Shown: positions 39,859-48,980, counted from the stretch's first letter. The stretch is DNA of 64,000 nucleotides from a virus (IMGVR_UViG_3300042258_000341:32001-96000); one strand, 5' to 3'. Notes: generated by a model not told the origin, from the sequence alone. Numbers and translations are program-made.

Positions 39859-40320
39859 ATGGCAACTAAAAAGACTCCCGTGAAAAAGACTCCCGTGAAA
39901 AAGACTCCCGTGAAAAAGACTCCCGTGAAAAAGACTCCCGTGAAAAAGACTCCCGTGAAAAAGACTCCCGTGAAAAAGACTCCCGTGAAAAAGATGGTTT
40001 TAAAACCTCAAGCCGAAGGAAGAGCTAAAAAAATAAAAACAACAAATCCTGTAAAACCTTTCAATCTTGAACCAAGTTCTAAATTTTCAACTATCCCTGC
40101 ATTTCAAAGCGAAAATGATTTTAGACTTATTTTAGATCGAGCGACAATCTCAAAAAATAATTTCCCTTTGAATCCTTTTGTAACTAAATATCTGGAACAA
40201 TTGGAAGAAGCCGCTTACGCTTTAATGGTTTTCTTTTATGCTTCCAATATAAATAATGCTCTTGATATTGAAGCTAAAGTTTTAGAAGAAGAAATTCTTA
40301 AACAGACTTTTAATGACTGA
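39859..40320 (+). CDS. Histone H1-like basic repeat protein
   Basis: (KKTPV)x8 at the N-terminus. Confidence 0.65.
   Translation: MATKKTPVKKTPVKKTPVKKTPVKKTPVKKTPVKKTPVKKTPVKKMVLKPQAEGRAKKIKTTNPVKPFNLEPSSKFSTIPAFQSENDFRLILDRATISKNNFPLNPFVTKYLEQLEEAAYALMVFFYASNINNALDIEAKVLEEEILKQTFND
39868..39993 (+). repeat. Perfect 15-bp tandem repeat x8
   Basis: AAAAAGACTCCCGTG repeated 8 times without mismatch. Confidence 0.95.
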
Positions 40321-40334
40321 AGGTTGTGAAAAGC

Positions 40335-40628
40335 ATGACAAAAGCAAATGAAAAATGGGTTCTGTTCAAACAATTCATGCACAATGAATTGGGGATAACA
40401 AAAGAAGATATCCGGGAATGGGTAAAAGAAGCTGTAAAAGAAGAAGCAGAAAGACTTGTAAAAAATACTTACGATAATTATAGTCCGAAGGCAATGGTTG
40501 AGAAAGCCCTTTTCGCGCATGACTTATTTCACGGGGATCATTTCAAAAGAGAAGTTATCCTTGAAGCTGCAAAATTGATCGTTTCTGAAATAGAAATTGT
40601 TCCGAAAGAAAGGAAAACTGTAAAATGA
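40335..40628 (+). CDS. Hypothetical protein
   Basis: ORF in a small-gene cluster; start may be 40326. Confidence 0.6.
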   Translation: MTKANEKWVLFKQFMHNELGITKEDIREWVKEAVKEEAERLVKNTYDNYSPKAMVEKALFAHDLFHGDHFKREVILEAAKLIVSEIEIVPKERKTVK

Positions 40629-40948
40629 AATACAAAGAGACAATCGCTTCACAACTAGAAGCTCCAGTAAAGAGTAACCTTATCGAGAATATAGATAAGG
40701 ATTTTATCCCCCGGAAGCCTTTATTTTCTTTCAATGATATAGTTTCTTTTCCTGTTGAACTTAAAACGTCTTTCGGGTTAATAAAAACTGAGCCTTGTTG
40801 CTTGTATATTACATGCATTAAGATATATTCAACAGGCAGTAAAATAAATTATTCTTATGGTCTTTCTAAAGTTCCAACAGTTCCCGGAAATAGCGGGGAA
40901 GTCTTAACTTGGAAGCAAGAAGAAGAATTGACTTTGGTGGGAAAATAA
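40625..40948 (+). CDS. Hypothetical protein
   Basis: ATGA-coupled ORF. Confidence 0.6.
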   Translation: MKYKETIASQLEAPVKSNLIENIDKDFIPRKPLFSFNDIVSFPVELKTSFGLIKTEPCCLYITCIKIYSTGSKINYSYGLSKVPTVPGNSGEVLTWKQEEELTLVGK

Positions 40949-40949
40949 C

Positions 40950-41231
40950 GTGGAAGACCTCTTTGTTTCTGGATTGGAATCTTCTTTATCCGATGCGCAA
41001 AAAGAATTGGATAAATTATATACCGAAAATGACGCTTTAAATAAGCAAATAGAAGAAGCAAATCTTTTGATTGAAGAAATGGGACAAGCTCTGTTAAAAC
41101 TCGAATTGAAGTGGAATAACCATTGGATTCCAGACCATTGCCGGGATGTTTGGAAAGATGTTTTAAGTAAATATAAAGAAAGAGAGAAAAATAAACAGTG
41201 TCTAAATTTACACAAGGGAAATGGCAGATAA
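40950..41231 (+). CDS. Hypothetical coiled-coil protein
   Basis: GTG start, heptad pattern. Confidence 0.5.
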   Translation: MEDLFVSGLESSLSDAQKELDKLYTENDALNKQIEEANLLIEEMGQALLKLELKWNNHWIPDHCRDVWKDVLSKYKEREKNKQCLNLHKGNGR

Positions 41232-41506
41232 TCCCTGAATTCGGAAAACAAAAAGTCTATGCTGGGGAAAAAGGCTCACATTGTAATGTCTTCGATATCG
41301 CAAATGCAACAGAAGAAGGCATCGCTGAAAAAGAAGCAAATGCTAGATTGATTGCAGAAGCCCCTGAAATGTTTAGACAAATAATAGCTCTTACTGAGTA
41401 TCTGGAAGAAGAAAAAATGACGGACTGTGATGCTTACAGAGAAGCTATGTATCTTATTTATCGGGTAAACAATCGACAATGGAAAGAAGAAAGTAATGAT
41501 TCTTGA
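41198..41506 (+). CDS. Hypothetical phage protein
   Basis: T.G.W...ANARLIA.APEM pattern common in small phage proteins. Confidence 0.65.
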   Translation: MSKFTQGKWQIIPEFGKQKVYAGEKGSHCNVFDIANATEEGIAEKEANARLIAEAPEMFRQIIALTEYLEEEKMTDCDAYREAMYLIYRVNNRQWKEESNDS

Positions 41507-42614
41507 AATTCAAAAATACTTAAGAACCCCCGGAAACACAGTCGAATCTCTTTGTGAACAATACAAGCTGAAAACAGCCCGACACAAAGTATATCCTAAT
41601 CTGGTGCAGTTTAAATATTGGATTGATTCCCCCATGTCCGAAACCATTTGTAGGGAAGCAAGGGGTTTGATTCTTGATGAAGAAAATGATTGGAAAGTAA
41701 TTTGCTTCACTTTCAAGAAATTCTTCAATTTCGAAGAAGGACATGCCGATAAATTAACTCCGGGGGATATTTCTTGTTACGACAAAGTAGATGGGAGTTT
41801 AATTCAGATGTATCACTACGCTGGGGATTGGCATGTTGCAACGACTGGCTTGCCGGATGCGTCTGGGGGATACAATAAGGACATCCCGGATAAAACTTTT
41901 GCTGATTTGTTTTGGAAAACATGGAGCGAATTAAATTACAAATACCCGGAAGAAAAAGAAGTGTGTTTTGCTTTCGAACTTGTAACAGAATACAACCGGA
42001 TTATTTGTAAATACGACAAACCCCGAATTGTTCTTCTTGGGGGCAGAGATTTGTTAACGCTCGAAGAATATCTGCCTGAAAAAATAAGTAAAAAATACAA
42101 CTGGGAAGTTGTGAAAAAATACCCGATGAATACTCTTGAAGAAATTGTTTCCGCAGCAAAAGAAATAAATCCGATGGAAAGAGAAGGTTTTGTTCTTGTG
42201 GGTGGGTTTACCTCTGATGATCTTTGTAACCACTTGAGAGTAAAAGTAAAAAACCCCGCTTATGTAGCTCTCCATCATCTTAAAGACGGAATGAGTAACA
42301 AAAGGCTTTTGCAGATATTGCAGAACAACGAATCCGAAGAGTTTCTTTCTTATTTCCCGGAATTTACGGAGCAATACTTAGGATTGAAAAAGAAGTTTTT
42401 GAAAATAGTAAAAGAAGCGGAAGATGTGTATATGCAGTATTCTGATTGTGAAACAGCAAAAGAATTTGCATTGCATGTGGCGAAACTTCCATATTCCGGG
42501 ATTCTTTTCGGAATGAGAAACGGGAAAATATCTTCGATAAAAGAAGGTTTCCGGGAGATACGTGTAGAAGCTCTTATGAAAATGCTGGGAGTTGAAAATG
42601 AGCCTTTATCTTAA
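41496..42614 (+). CDS. RNA ligase (T4 Rnl1-like)
   Basis: REARGLI, KKFFN, KVDGSL (motif I), FEL, EGFVL, VKVK. Confidence 0.85.
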   Translation: MILEIQKYLRTPGNTVESLCEQYKLKTARHKVYPNLVQFKYWIDSPMSETICREARGLILDEENDWKVICFTFKKFFNFEEGHADKLTPGDISCYDKVDGSLIQMYHYAGDWHVATTGLPDASGGYNKDIPDKTFADLFWKTWSELNYKYPEEKEVCFAFELVTEYNRIICKYDKPRIVLLGGRDLLTLEEYLPEKISKKYNWEVVKKYPMNTLEEIVSAAKEINPMEREGFVLVGGFTSDDLCNHLRVKVKNPAYVALHHLKDGMSNKRLLQILQNNESEEFLSYFPEFTEQYLGLKKKFLKIVKEAEDVYMQYSDCETAKEFALHVAKLPYSGILFGMRNGKISSIKEGFREIRVEALMKMLGVENEPLS

Positions 42615-42634
42615 CTTGTAATAATTAGCTCTTG

Positions 42635-42672
42635 AATCCGGCATTTAATAATAATGCTGGATTTTTCTTTTT
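42635..42672 (+). terminator. Terminator-like hairpin
   Basis: AATCCGGCATT...AATGCTGGATT followed by T-tract. Confidence 0.6.
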
Positions 42673-42737
42673 TTAGGAGATAATATGCAGAACGTCTTGA
42701 ATTCTATGCAAATAAACCCCAAACACAGGTTCGAAAA

Positions 42738-43298
42738 ATGATCGTAAAATATTCTTCCCTTGAAATAGATGTTCCGGCTTTCTACAAGAAACACGGAATT
42801 GACCCGGAGAATCTTTCTTTTCTTGGAAAAGGATATTACGGGTCAGCATATTCTACCGGGGATGGAAGAGTTGTAAAGATAACTACTTCCAAATCCGAAT
42901 TTGAAATTGCCCAACAATTAATAGAAACCCCGAAAGAAAATATTGTAAAAATCTTCGATGCTGTCTTTGCTTCTGAAAGTCCTTTGAATTACAGGTATAT
43001 TATTTTGAAAGAGGAATTGGAACAAAACGAAGAAGATGAATATCTTTTCTACGAAGTTCAAGAAATGTTAGATACTCAGGGAGTCCCCCTTACTTACATA
43101 AGTCATTTCGATATGGAAGAATTCGAAGATTTAAACGGGGAAATAGGGGATAAATTAGCAAGTTTCTTTCAAGAGATTTCAGAGGTGGTTTGGGATGCTA
43201 CTCATCTTGTGGGAGATCGAGCGGATATCTCAGCAGATAATCTTGGAAGAGATAGGAATGGAACTCTTAAATTGTTAGATGTGGATGTGAAAAAATGA
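42738..43298 (+). CDS. Minimal Ser/Thr protein kinase-like protein with MIVKYS leader
   Basis: LGKGYYGSAY Gly-loop, VVK, E helix, DISADN catalytic loop, LLD. Confidence 0.75.
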   Translation: MIVKYSSLEIDVPAFYKKHGIDPENLSFLGKGYYGSAYSTGDGRVVKITTSKSEFEIAQQLIETPKENIVKIFDAVFASESPLNYRYIILKEELEQNEEDEYLFYEVQEMLDTQGVPLTYISHFDMEEFEDLNGEIGDKLASFFQEISEVVWDATHLVGDRADISADNLGRDRNGTLKLLDVDVKK

Positions 43299-43733
43299 TA
43301 AAAAGATATTCGGAGTTGAACACCCAACTTCTTTATCACGGAAGGCATCAAGAAACTCCTTACGGGGGGGAATGGGATTTATCTTACCCCGGATAAAGAA
43401 TATGCAAAAAGATATGCTGGGGATCAGGACATTTATGTTTTTAAATTAAATGTTCCCGAAGATAAAATTTTCTCTTTCAGCCGGAAAACAGATGTGGAGA
43501 AAATAAAACCATATTTCCCGAAAGGACATTGGCAAGCTCTTCTTGGAAATGTAAATGACGGGGAAATGGACTGGGCAGGAGCTGGGGATTTAGCTAATTC
43601 CGAATTCGAGGAAACAGATGATTTCTTGAAGCATCTTGGATATGCTGGAATGTATTTAACAGAAAGAACAGGAATCAAATCTATTTACCTGTTCGATGAG
43701 AAAGACGCAACTCTGATCCGGCGGGAAAAATAA
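43295..43733 (+). pseudogene. ART-like gene with MIKRYS leader, frameshifted in a G7 tract
   Basis: MIKRYSELNTQLLYHG...YGG then stop at 43396; removing one G from 43364-43370 restores NGIYLTPDKEYAKRYA...GYAGMYL (145 aa). Confidence 0.75.
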
Positions 43734-43796
43734 TTCTTCTTGACATCTTTTAATTTTTACCTTAACCTTGAAATTAAGGTGAAAATATGAATTCTC

Positions 43797-43967
43797 ACAC
43801 GAACAAACTGAATCTCCTTACTTTATCGCTGTTATGCGGCGATCAGTTTGTCGTGTCAAGTTTGTATTATTACCTCGGGAGCGATTCGCTAACACTGTAA
43901 TTTTTTCGTAACAAACACGATAAACTGAACAGGTAGCGAAGCCTTATGGCAACATCGCTCCTTTTTT
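43797..43967 (+). ncRNA. Putative structured RNA upstream of tRNA-Tyr
   Basis: Stems ACACGAACAAACTGA/TCAGTTTGTCGTGT, GGAGCGAT/ATCGCTCC, TTCGCTA/TAGCGAA; upstream TTGACA; 3' T-tract. Confidence 0.4.
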
Positions 43968-44001
43968 GCATTTCCGGAACTTTAAATTTTTATGATATAA
44001 T

Positions 44002-44084
44002 GGACAGGTGGCTGAGTGGTTGAAAGCGGCGGGTTGTAGCCCCGTTCTGTAAAAAGCTCGCAGGTTCGAATCCTGCCCTGCCCA
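44002..44084 (+). tRNA. tRNA-Tyr(GTA)
   Basis: Cloverleaf; anticodon loop TTGTAGC; long variable arm; GGTTCGAATCC; one acceptor-stem mismatch. Confidence 0.9.
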
Positions 44085-44108
44085 CTGAAATAAAAGGAGT
44101 TTTGAGAA

Positions 44109-44630
44109 ATGTCTGAAATGTTATTTTGTAAAAGTTGTGGAAACCCTCGAAATTTAGGCAGACGATTATGTGATCCATGTAATTCAAAAAGAATTCAAAA
44201 ATACCCCAGATATATTTGGCAAAATACTTGTGTGGCATGTAAGTCCTCTTTTTCTTCAATTCGAAAAGCAACTTTACTCTGTAAAGAGTGTCTAAATTTA
44301 AAAAAGAAATTGTCTATTGTTTCAACAACAACATATGTTTTTACCAAAACTGGAACCTTATTGCATCGAGAAATTGCGGAAAAGAACTTAAAGCGTTCTT
44401 TAAGTTCTGATGAAGTTGTTCATCATTTAGACCATAACCCTCAAAACAATCTCTCTTCAAATTTAATTGTATTGTCTCGAAAAAAGCATAGTGAACTACA
44501 TCAATATTTAAATTTGCAAAAAGTGATTTGGTTAAAAAAAGAAGGGGAAAATTTAGAAGGACAGCAATTACTTTTGGAGTCTTTTAATTGGTTGCAAAAA
44601 ACAGAAGCAACGTATTCAAAGCTTGAGTAA
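44109..44630 (+). CDS. HNH homing endonuclease
   Basis: HREIAE...VVHHLDHNPQNN..SNL.VL....H...H; N-terminal CxxC pairs; adjacent to tRNA. Confidence 0.85.
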   Translation: MSEMLFCKSCGNPRNLGRRLCDPCNSKRIQKYPRYIWQNTCVACKSSFSSIRKATLLCKECLNLKKKLSIVSTTTYVFTKTGTLLHREIAEKNLKRSLSSDEVVHHLDHNPQNNLSSNLIVLSRKKHSELHQYLNLQKVIWLKKEGENLEGQQLLLESFNWLQKTEATYSKLE

Positions 44631-44724
44631 ATAAGGTTCAAGTCCGGGTAGTAGCATTCTTTAAAATAATTACGTCTTATTTTCTTCCTTTATGTAGTAA
44701 ATAAAAATAAAGGGAAGAAAATAA

Positions 44725-46653
44725 ATGTCAGTAAATCTTTCAAGTTTTACAAAAACATTAAGTAAAAACACAACCAGTTATAATATTGTAGAATTTGCTG
44801 AGAGAAAGAGTTGTCTGGGTATCAATTTATTCCCCCAACAGAAATATCTTCTTAAGCTTTTCGATAAAGTCCCCTTGGATGACAAAGAAAGAAACATTCA
44901 AGTAAAAGATCGTTTCGGGGAACACGTCTTACATACTTTTACTGAAATCGAATTCCACGATTTTCTGTATAAAGAGGGGAGAGTTTCTTTAGATTATGAC
45001 ACATACATGGACACCCCTATTACGAGTATTCTTCTCTCTTGTGGTCGTGGTGCTACAAAAACAACAACAATATCTATATACACAGCATACAAGCTTTACG
45101 AAATCCTTTCCCATTATTGCCCACAAGATTATTTTAATATTTTAACTCATGATGCGATAGACCTTTCGGTTGTGGCTCTTGGTGAAGCAAACGCCCTTGA
45201 AATTTTTTCAAGATTGACAACTTTAATTCATAACGCTCCTTTTTTTAAACCCCATATTTTAGAAGATCCTTTACAAGGCGAACTAAGGGTGTGGACACAA
45301 GCAGACCTTGATAAAATTCAAGGATATATTGCAAACCCCCCGGCACATTCCAATTCTATTAAATTATCAGCAAAACCTTGTTCCCCAAGTCTTCGTGGTG
45401 CAAATAGGGCGTTAACAATTCTTGAAGAATTTGCTTTTTTCAACAACTCCCCTAATTCCAGTAGAGCATTACCTTTGGACGAACAAATATATCGAGCAGT
45501 AACCCCTTCTGTCGCTAGGTTTAAATATCCAAACGGAGATCCTTTCGGAAAAGTCCTTATGATTTCTTCGCCTTCCGGAGAATCTGGGAAATTTTACGAA
45601 GAATATCAAAATGCTTTCGAGCATGGGCAGAAATCCGCTTTGTTAGCCCTTTCCACCCCTACGTGGTTCTTGAACCCCAGCCTTTCGAAGGTTTTCTATA
45701 TGTCAGAATACACAAAGAATCCACAGGCTTACAACAGTGAATTCGGAGCAGAATTTCAAAGTTACGAAAATCGTTGGTTGGTGGATGATAGTCCTATTTA
45801 CAGAGCTTTCGATACTTCTCTGGATCACACAAAAGTTTTCGGGGATTTCCAGAAAGTTTATTACATGGGTTTAGATGCTGGTTTCAGTGAAGACGGTTTC
45901 GGGATAGCGATTTCTCATTATGAAAGTGAGTATGTTGAATTTCCAGAAACTCTTATGAAAGAAGTACATGCTTATTATCCTGATTTTATAAAAGAAATAG
46001 AGAAGAACGATGGGCGATTTATTTCTCCAAAATACATTGTAGATTATTACGAAGTCTTTTATCCCGGAGTTTATCCTTATGAAGAATACAATGTTCTTCC
46101 TGTAGAAGGTGAAAACGGGGTCATTGAAAAGATTGTAAATTGTGCCAAAAGGTATCCTATTCGAAAAGGATTTTTAGATCAATTCTCAGGAGTCGTTTTG
46201 CAGGAACTTCTTCTTCGAAGAGGATTGAAGAACATTGAAATGATCAATGTAAATGCTGCAATAAATAACGATGTTCACAAAGTATTCAATATGCTTTTAC
46301 ATCAATTCGGAATCAAGATGGGTTTTAATGCTGAATTTTTGAAGGAACTAAAAGCTTTGAAAGCGAAGACAATCGGAAATGGGTTTTTACGGGTTGAGCA
46401 CCCCCCGGGAGGGCATGACGACATGTATAGTGCTTTGGCTAGGAGTTTATACCTTTGTTGGCTTTATACAACCAAGAACAAGGGTTTACTCTCAAATCTG
46501 GGAATTGTATTTAAAGACTCCAGAAATACAAACACGGCTCTTTCTGCAGCCCGAGGTCAGAAAGTATTTGAGAACATCAAGAATAGAATGCATAGTAATC
46601 AGAACTCGATTCGCAACCCAAGCAATATGTTCCCGAATAAAATAACCCGGTAA
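44725..46653 (+). CDS. terL: Terminase large subunit
   Basis: PQQ, CGRGATKT Walker A, ILEEFAF Walker B, ISSP, GLDAG, HDD nuclease motifs. Confidence 0.88.
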   Translation: MSVNLSSFTKTLSKNTTSYNIVEFAERKSCLGINLFPQQKYLLKLFDKVPLDDKERNIQVKDRFGEHVLHTFTEIEFHDFLYKEGRVSLDYDTYMDTPITSILLSCGRGATKTTTISIYTAYKLYEILSHYCPQDYFNILTHDAIDLSVVALGEANALEIFSRLTTLIHNAPFFKPHILEDPLQGELRVWTQADLDKIQGYIANPPAHSNSIKLSAKPCSPSLRGANRALTILEEFAFFNNSPNSSRALPLDEQIYRAVTPSVARFKYPNGDPFGKVLMISSPSGESGKFYEEYQNAFEHGQKSALLALSTPTWFLNPSLSKVFYMSEYTKNPQAYNSEFGAEFQSYENRWLVDDSPIYRAFDTSLDHTKVFGDFQKVYYMGLDAGFSEDGFGIAISHYESEYVEFPETLMKEVHAYYPDFIKEIEKNDGRFISPKYIVDYYEVFYPGVYPYEEYNVLPVEGENGVIEKIVNCAKRYPIRKGFLDQFSGVVLQELLLRRGLKNIEMINVNAAINNDVHKVFNMLLHQFGIKMGFNAEFLKELKALKAKTIGNGFLRVEHPPGGHDDMYSALARSLYLCWLYTTKNKGLLSNLGIVFKDSRNTNTALSAARGQKVFENIKNRMHSNQNSIRNPSNMFPNKITR

Positions 46654-46656
46654 AAG

Positions 46657-46692
46657 AAGAACTCCCGGAGCGTCAACTTCTCCGGGAGTTCT
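46657..46692. terminator. Hairpin between convergent transcription units
   Basis: AGAACTCCCGGAG...CTCCGGGAGTTCT. Confidence 0.65.
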
Positions 46693-46759
46693 ATGCGTAA
46701 TGGAGTTACAATTACTCACAGACTAATCTCGTAAATCAGCCTGTCATTCAAATTCCATT

Positions 46760-46984
46760 CTATACTTTTTTCTTCATGTTTTCAAGTTCTTTTGACATTT
46801 CGAATAAATCTTTTACTTTATTTAAATCCAAAACGTCTTCAAAATTGTTACGAAGATAGTTTGCAGTTTTCAAAGCCTCCGAAAGATGCTGTGCAAAGCT
46901 TTTCAGCATTTCTTTTGCTTCAAGATTTCGTTCTGTTGCCGTATTCATTTTCGCCTTCTTATCAGTTACTTGTAATTTACGCAT
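46760..46984 (-). CDS. Hypothetical protein (MRKLQVTDKKA)
   Basis: In operon; K-x-A leader-like start. Confidence 0.6.
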   Translation of the reverse strand: MRKLQVTDKKAKMNTATERNLEAKEMLKSFAQHLSEALKTANYLRNNFEDVLDLNKVKDLFEMSKELENMKKKV

Positions 46985-46987
46985 TTA

Positions 46988-47974
46988 TTATTCCCTCATG
47001 AGTCCATTGATAAATGCGTAATCTTCTTGATCAAGGTCAGAGCCGTCTATTTTTCTCATATGTAAACCGTATTTGGTTTCAATGCCTTTTTCGAAATAAT
47101 CATTGTCGTAAATAGGGTCTACAGTTTCCAGCCAACCGGTGTTATCACTGTTCGACCAATGATAGTTGTTGTCTTCAATTTCCCGGGCAAGTTCAGCAGG
47201 AGACATGGCGTAATCTTCAAATTCAAAACCGTTATCGTCTGTTTCTCCAGCATCAACAGCTTCTTCATCCCATTTTTCGTAAGTTTTATTTACAAGAAAC
47301 ATCGGGATATCTGAAAGTTCTCCGTCTGAATTGTAATATCCGCCGTCTTTAAATTCAGGATATCCTAAATCTTCTTCTGCTTTTTTCTGCAGGGAAGATA
47401 TTTTAAGACTCGCTTTTACAGAAGCAAACTTGTTTTTAGAAACTTCAGCAAGACCTTTGCTGGAAAGTTCTTGTGCAACTTGTTGGGCATTTCCCGGGGC
47501 AATATTCTGCATGAAATAATTTACGAAGTCGGGCATCTGGAATTTCTTCTCTGAAGAAGGGGTTGGGCTGTTTTTGTCTTCAAAAACTTTCATGTCCAAT
47601 CCCGCACCTGATTTTGCAACTTCAATTACTTTATCGGTGCCTTTTACTTCGAAAACAAGAGAACGAAACTTCTGGAAAGCCCCGTTAAGAAGAGAAGCAA
47701 GTTGTTGCATATTCCCCATACCTTCTTGCTGTTTCTGTTGCATACGATCCATCAAAGCCCCGGCTTCTTTTTCATTACCTGCAAGATAATTCAAAGAGGC
47801 TTTCAAAGTATTTACGGGTTTTCTCTTAGAAGCTTCTTTGTATTCAGGGAAAGGCTTTTTTGCATCTGGATATTTTTCTTCCAGTTTTTCCGTCTTTTTT
47901 TCGTTCAAATTAGGGGTTTTATCTTCACGAAGATATTTAATATCCGAGGCTAATTTATGTTGGAGTTTTTTCAT
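46988..47974 (-). CDS. Multi-segment protein punctuated by K-x-A sites (possible internal head protein)
   Basis: KLA, KEA, KFA, LKISSLQKKA separate compositionally distinct segments. Confidence 0.6.
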   Translation of the reverse strand: MKKLQHKLASDIKYLREDKTPNLNEKKTEKLEEKYPDAKKPFPEYKEASKRKPVNTLKASLNYLAGNEKEAGALMDRMQQKQQEGMGNMQQLASLLNGAFQKFRSLVFEVKGTDKVIEVAKSGAGLDMKVFEDKNSPTPSSEKKFQMPDFVNYFMQNIAPGNAQQVAQELSSKGLAEVSKNKFASVKASLKISSLQKKAEEDLGYPEFKDGGYYNSDGELSDIPMFLVNKTYEKWDEEAVDAGETDDNGFEFEDYAMSPAELAREIEDNNYHWSNSDNTGWLETVDPIYDNDYFEKGIETKYGLHMRKIDGSDLDQEDYAFINGLMRE

Positions 47975-47975
47975 A

Positions 47976-48299
47976 TCAAAAACCTTCCTTTGTTTCGAAA
48001 TCTTTTTCCTCGAAAGAAACTATGTCATTTATCTTTTTAATATCTGGCAATAATTCCCGAAGCTTTTCTTCGATTTCTTTAATTTTTGCAAGAGTCGAGG
48101 GTTCGTAATTGTAAGAACCTTCTTGTTTTTTATTCAAAGCGTATTGATTTGTTTCGGTGTCGTAAAAGTCTTCAAAACTATTTATTAAATTTTGAAGAGC
48201 AGAAATTTCTTTCTGCCACATCCCGCCAAGAATAGAATCAGCCGCTTTTTTCTTAAAAGCTGCTTTTTTTGTTAATTTGTTAAGATATTGCATATCCAC
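47976..48299 (-). CDS. Hypothetical protein (LNKLTKKAAFKKKA)
   Basis: ORF in operon. Confidence 0.6.
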   Translation of the reverse strand: MDMQYLNKLTKKAAFKKKAADSILGGMWQKEISALQNLINSFEDFYDTETNQYALNKKQEGSYNYEPSTLAKIKEIEEKLRELLPDIKKINDIVSFEEKDFETKEGF

Positions 48300-48338
48300 A
48301 TCCTATCTTTAAATTAATTACAAAAGAAGGAAAAATTA

Positions 48339-48662
48339 TTACTTAATTATAGGAATGATGTCGAAGAGTTGAAAATTTGTGTGTTTGTTGACATGGAGGA
48401 TGTTTTGAAAATTTTCAAGAATATGGTAATTAATTTTACCGTTTTCCCCGGGTTCAACTCCGATAATGTAAGCTTTAAACGATTCTGTCTTTTCTAATCC
48501 AATCATTTCCAACAATTCCAAACCTTTAAAAATAAAAGGTTCCGGATCTTTTCTTTCCGGGGCGTATTCAAAAGTCAATAACGTCTTGAACTCATTTACA
48601 AGTATTCTGACAACCCTCTGTGATTGGACAGGAGAAACAATCTGTCGAAATTCTATTTTCAT
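48339..48662 (-). CDS. Hypothetical protein, paralog of 48669-48980
   Basis: Shared L.TFE...G..LLE..GL......AYI.G. Confidence 0.65.
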   Translation of the reverse strand: MKIEFRQIVSPVQSQRVVRILVNEFKTLLTFEYAPERKDPEPFIFKGLELLEMIGLEKTESFKAYIIGVEPGENGKINYHILENFQNILHVNKHTNFQLFDIIPIIK

Positions 48663-48668
48663 TTTTTG

Positions 48669-48980
48669 TCACTTCCGAATTACATTTTTGAATTTAAACA
48701 CATCTATTTCTGTAATTTTCAACACGTCTTGATAAGGTTCGAAGATAAAAGGCTCCCCGTCTTCGGTAATTCCAAGAATATACGCAATCATAGTGTCAGA
48801 GTCTTTTAATCCGTTTGCTTCCAAGATATCCGCCCCGGCAATAGTAACAGTATCCGTTTCTTGATCGGTTTGTTCAAAAGTAAAAAGAACTTTGTGTTTG
48901 TCATGTATGTAAAACTGCACTTTTGTACAGTTTGGGTTCGGGTTTTCAGGAGTTCTTATTTCTATTTGTTTAAGCTTCAT
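48669..48980 (-). CDS. Hypothetical protein, paralog of 48339-48662
   Basis: As above. Confidence 0.65.
   Translation of the reverse strand: MKLKQIEIRTPENPNPNCTKVQFYIHDKHKVLFTFEQTDQETDTVTIAGADILEANGLKDSDTMIAYILGITEDGEPFIFEPYQDVLKITEIDVFKFKNVIRK

Noticed and set aside
39868..39993. CRISPR array
   Set aside because: The 15-bp units are contiguous, have no spacers and are in frame within a CDS; no cas genes are seen.
781..43320. ATGAT.AAAAATATTC as a DNA recombination or cassette site (integron-like)
   Set aside because: Third codon positions vary freely while amino acids are kept, there is no palindromic attC-like structure, and no integrase is present.
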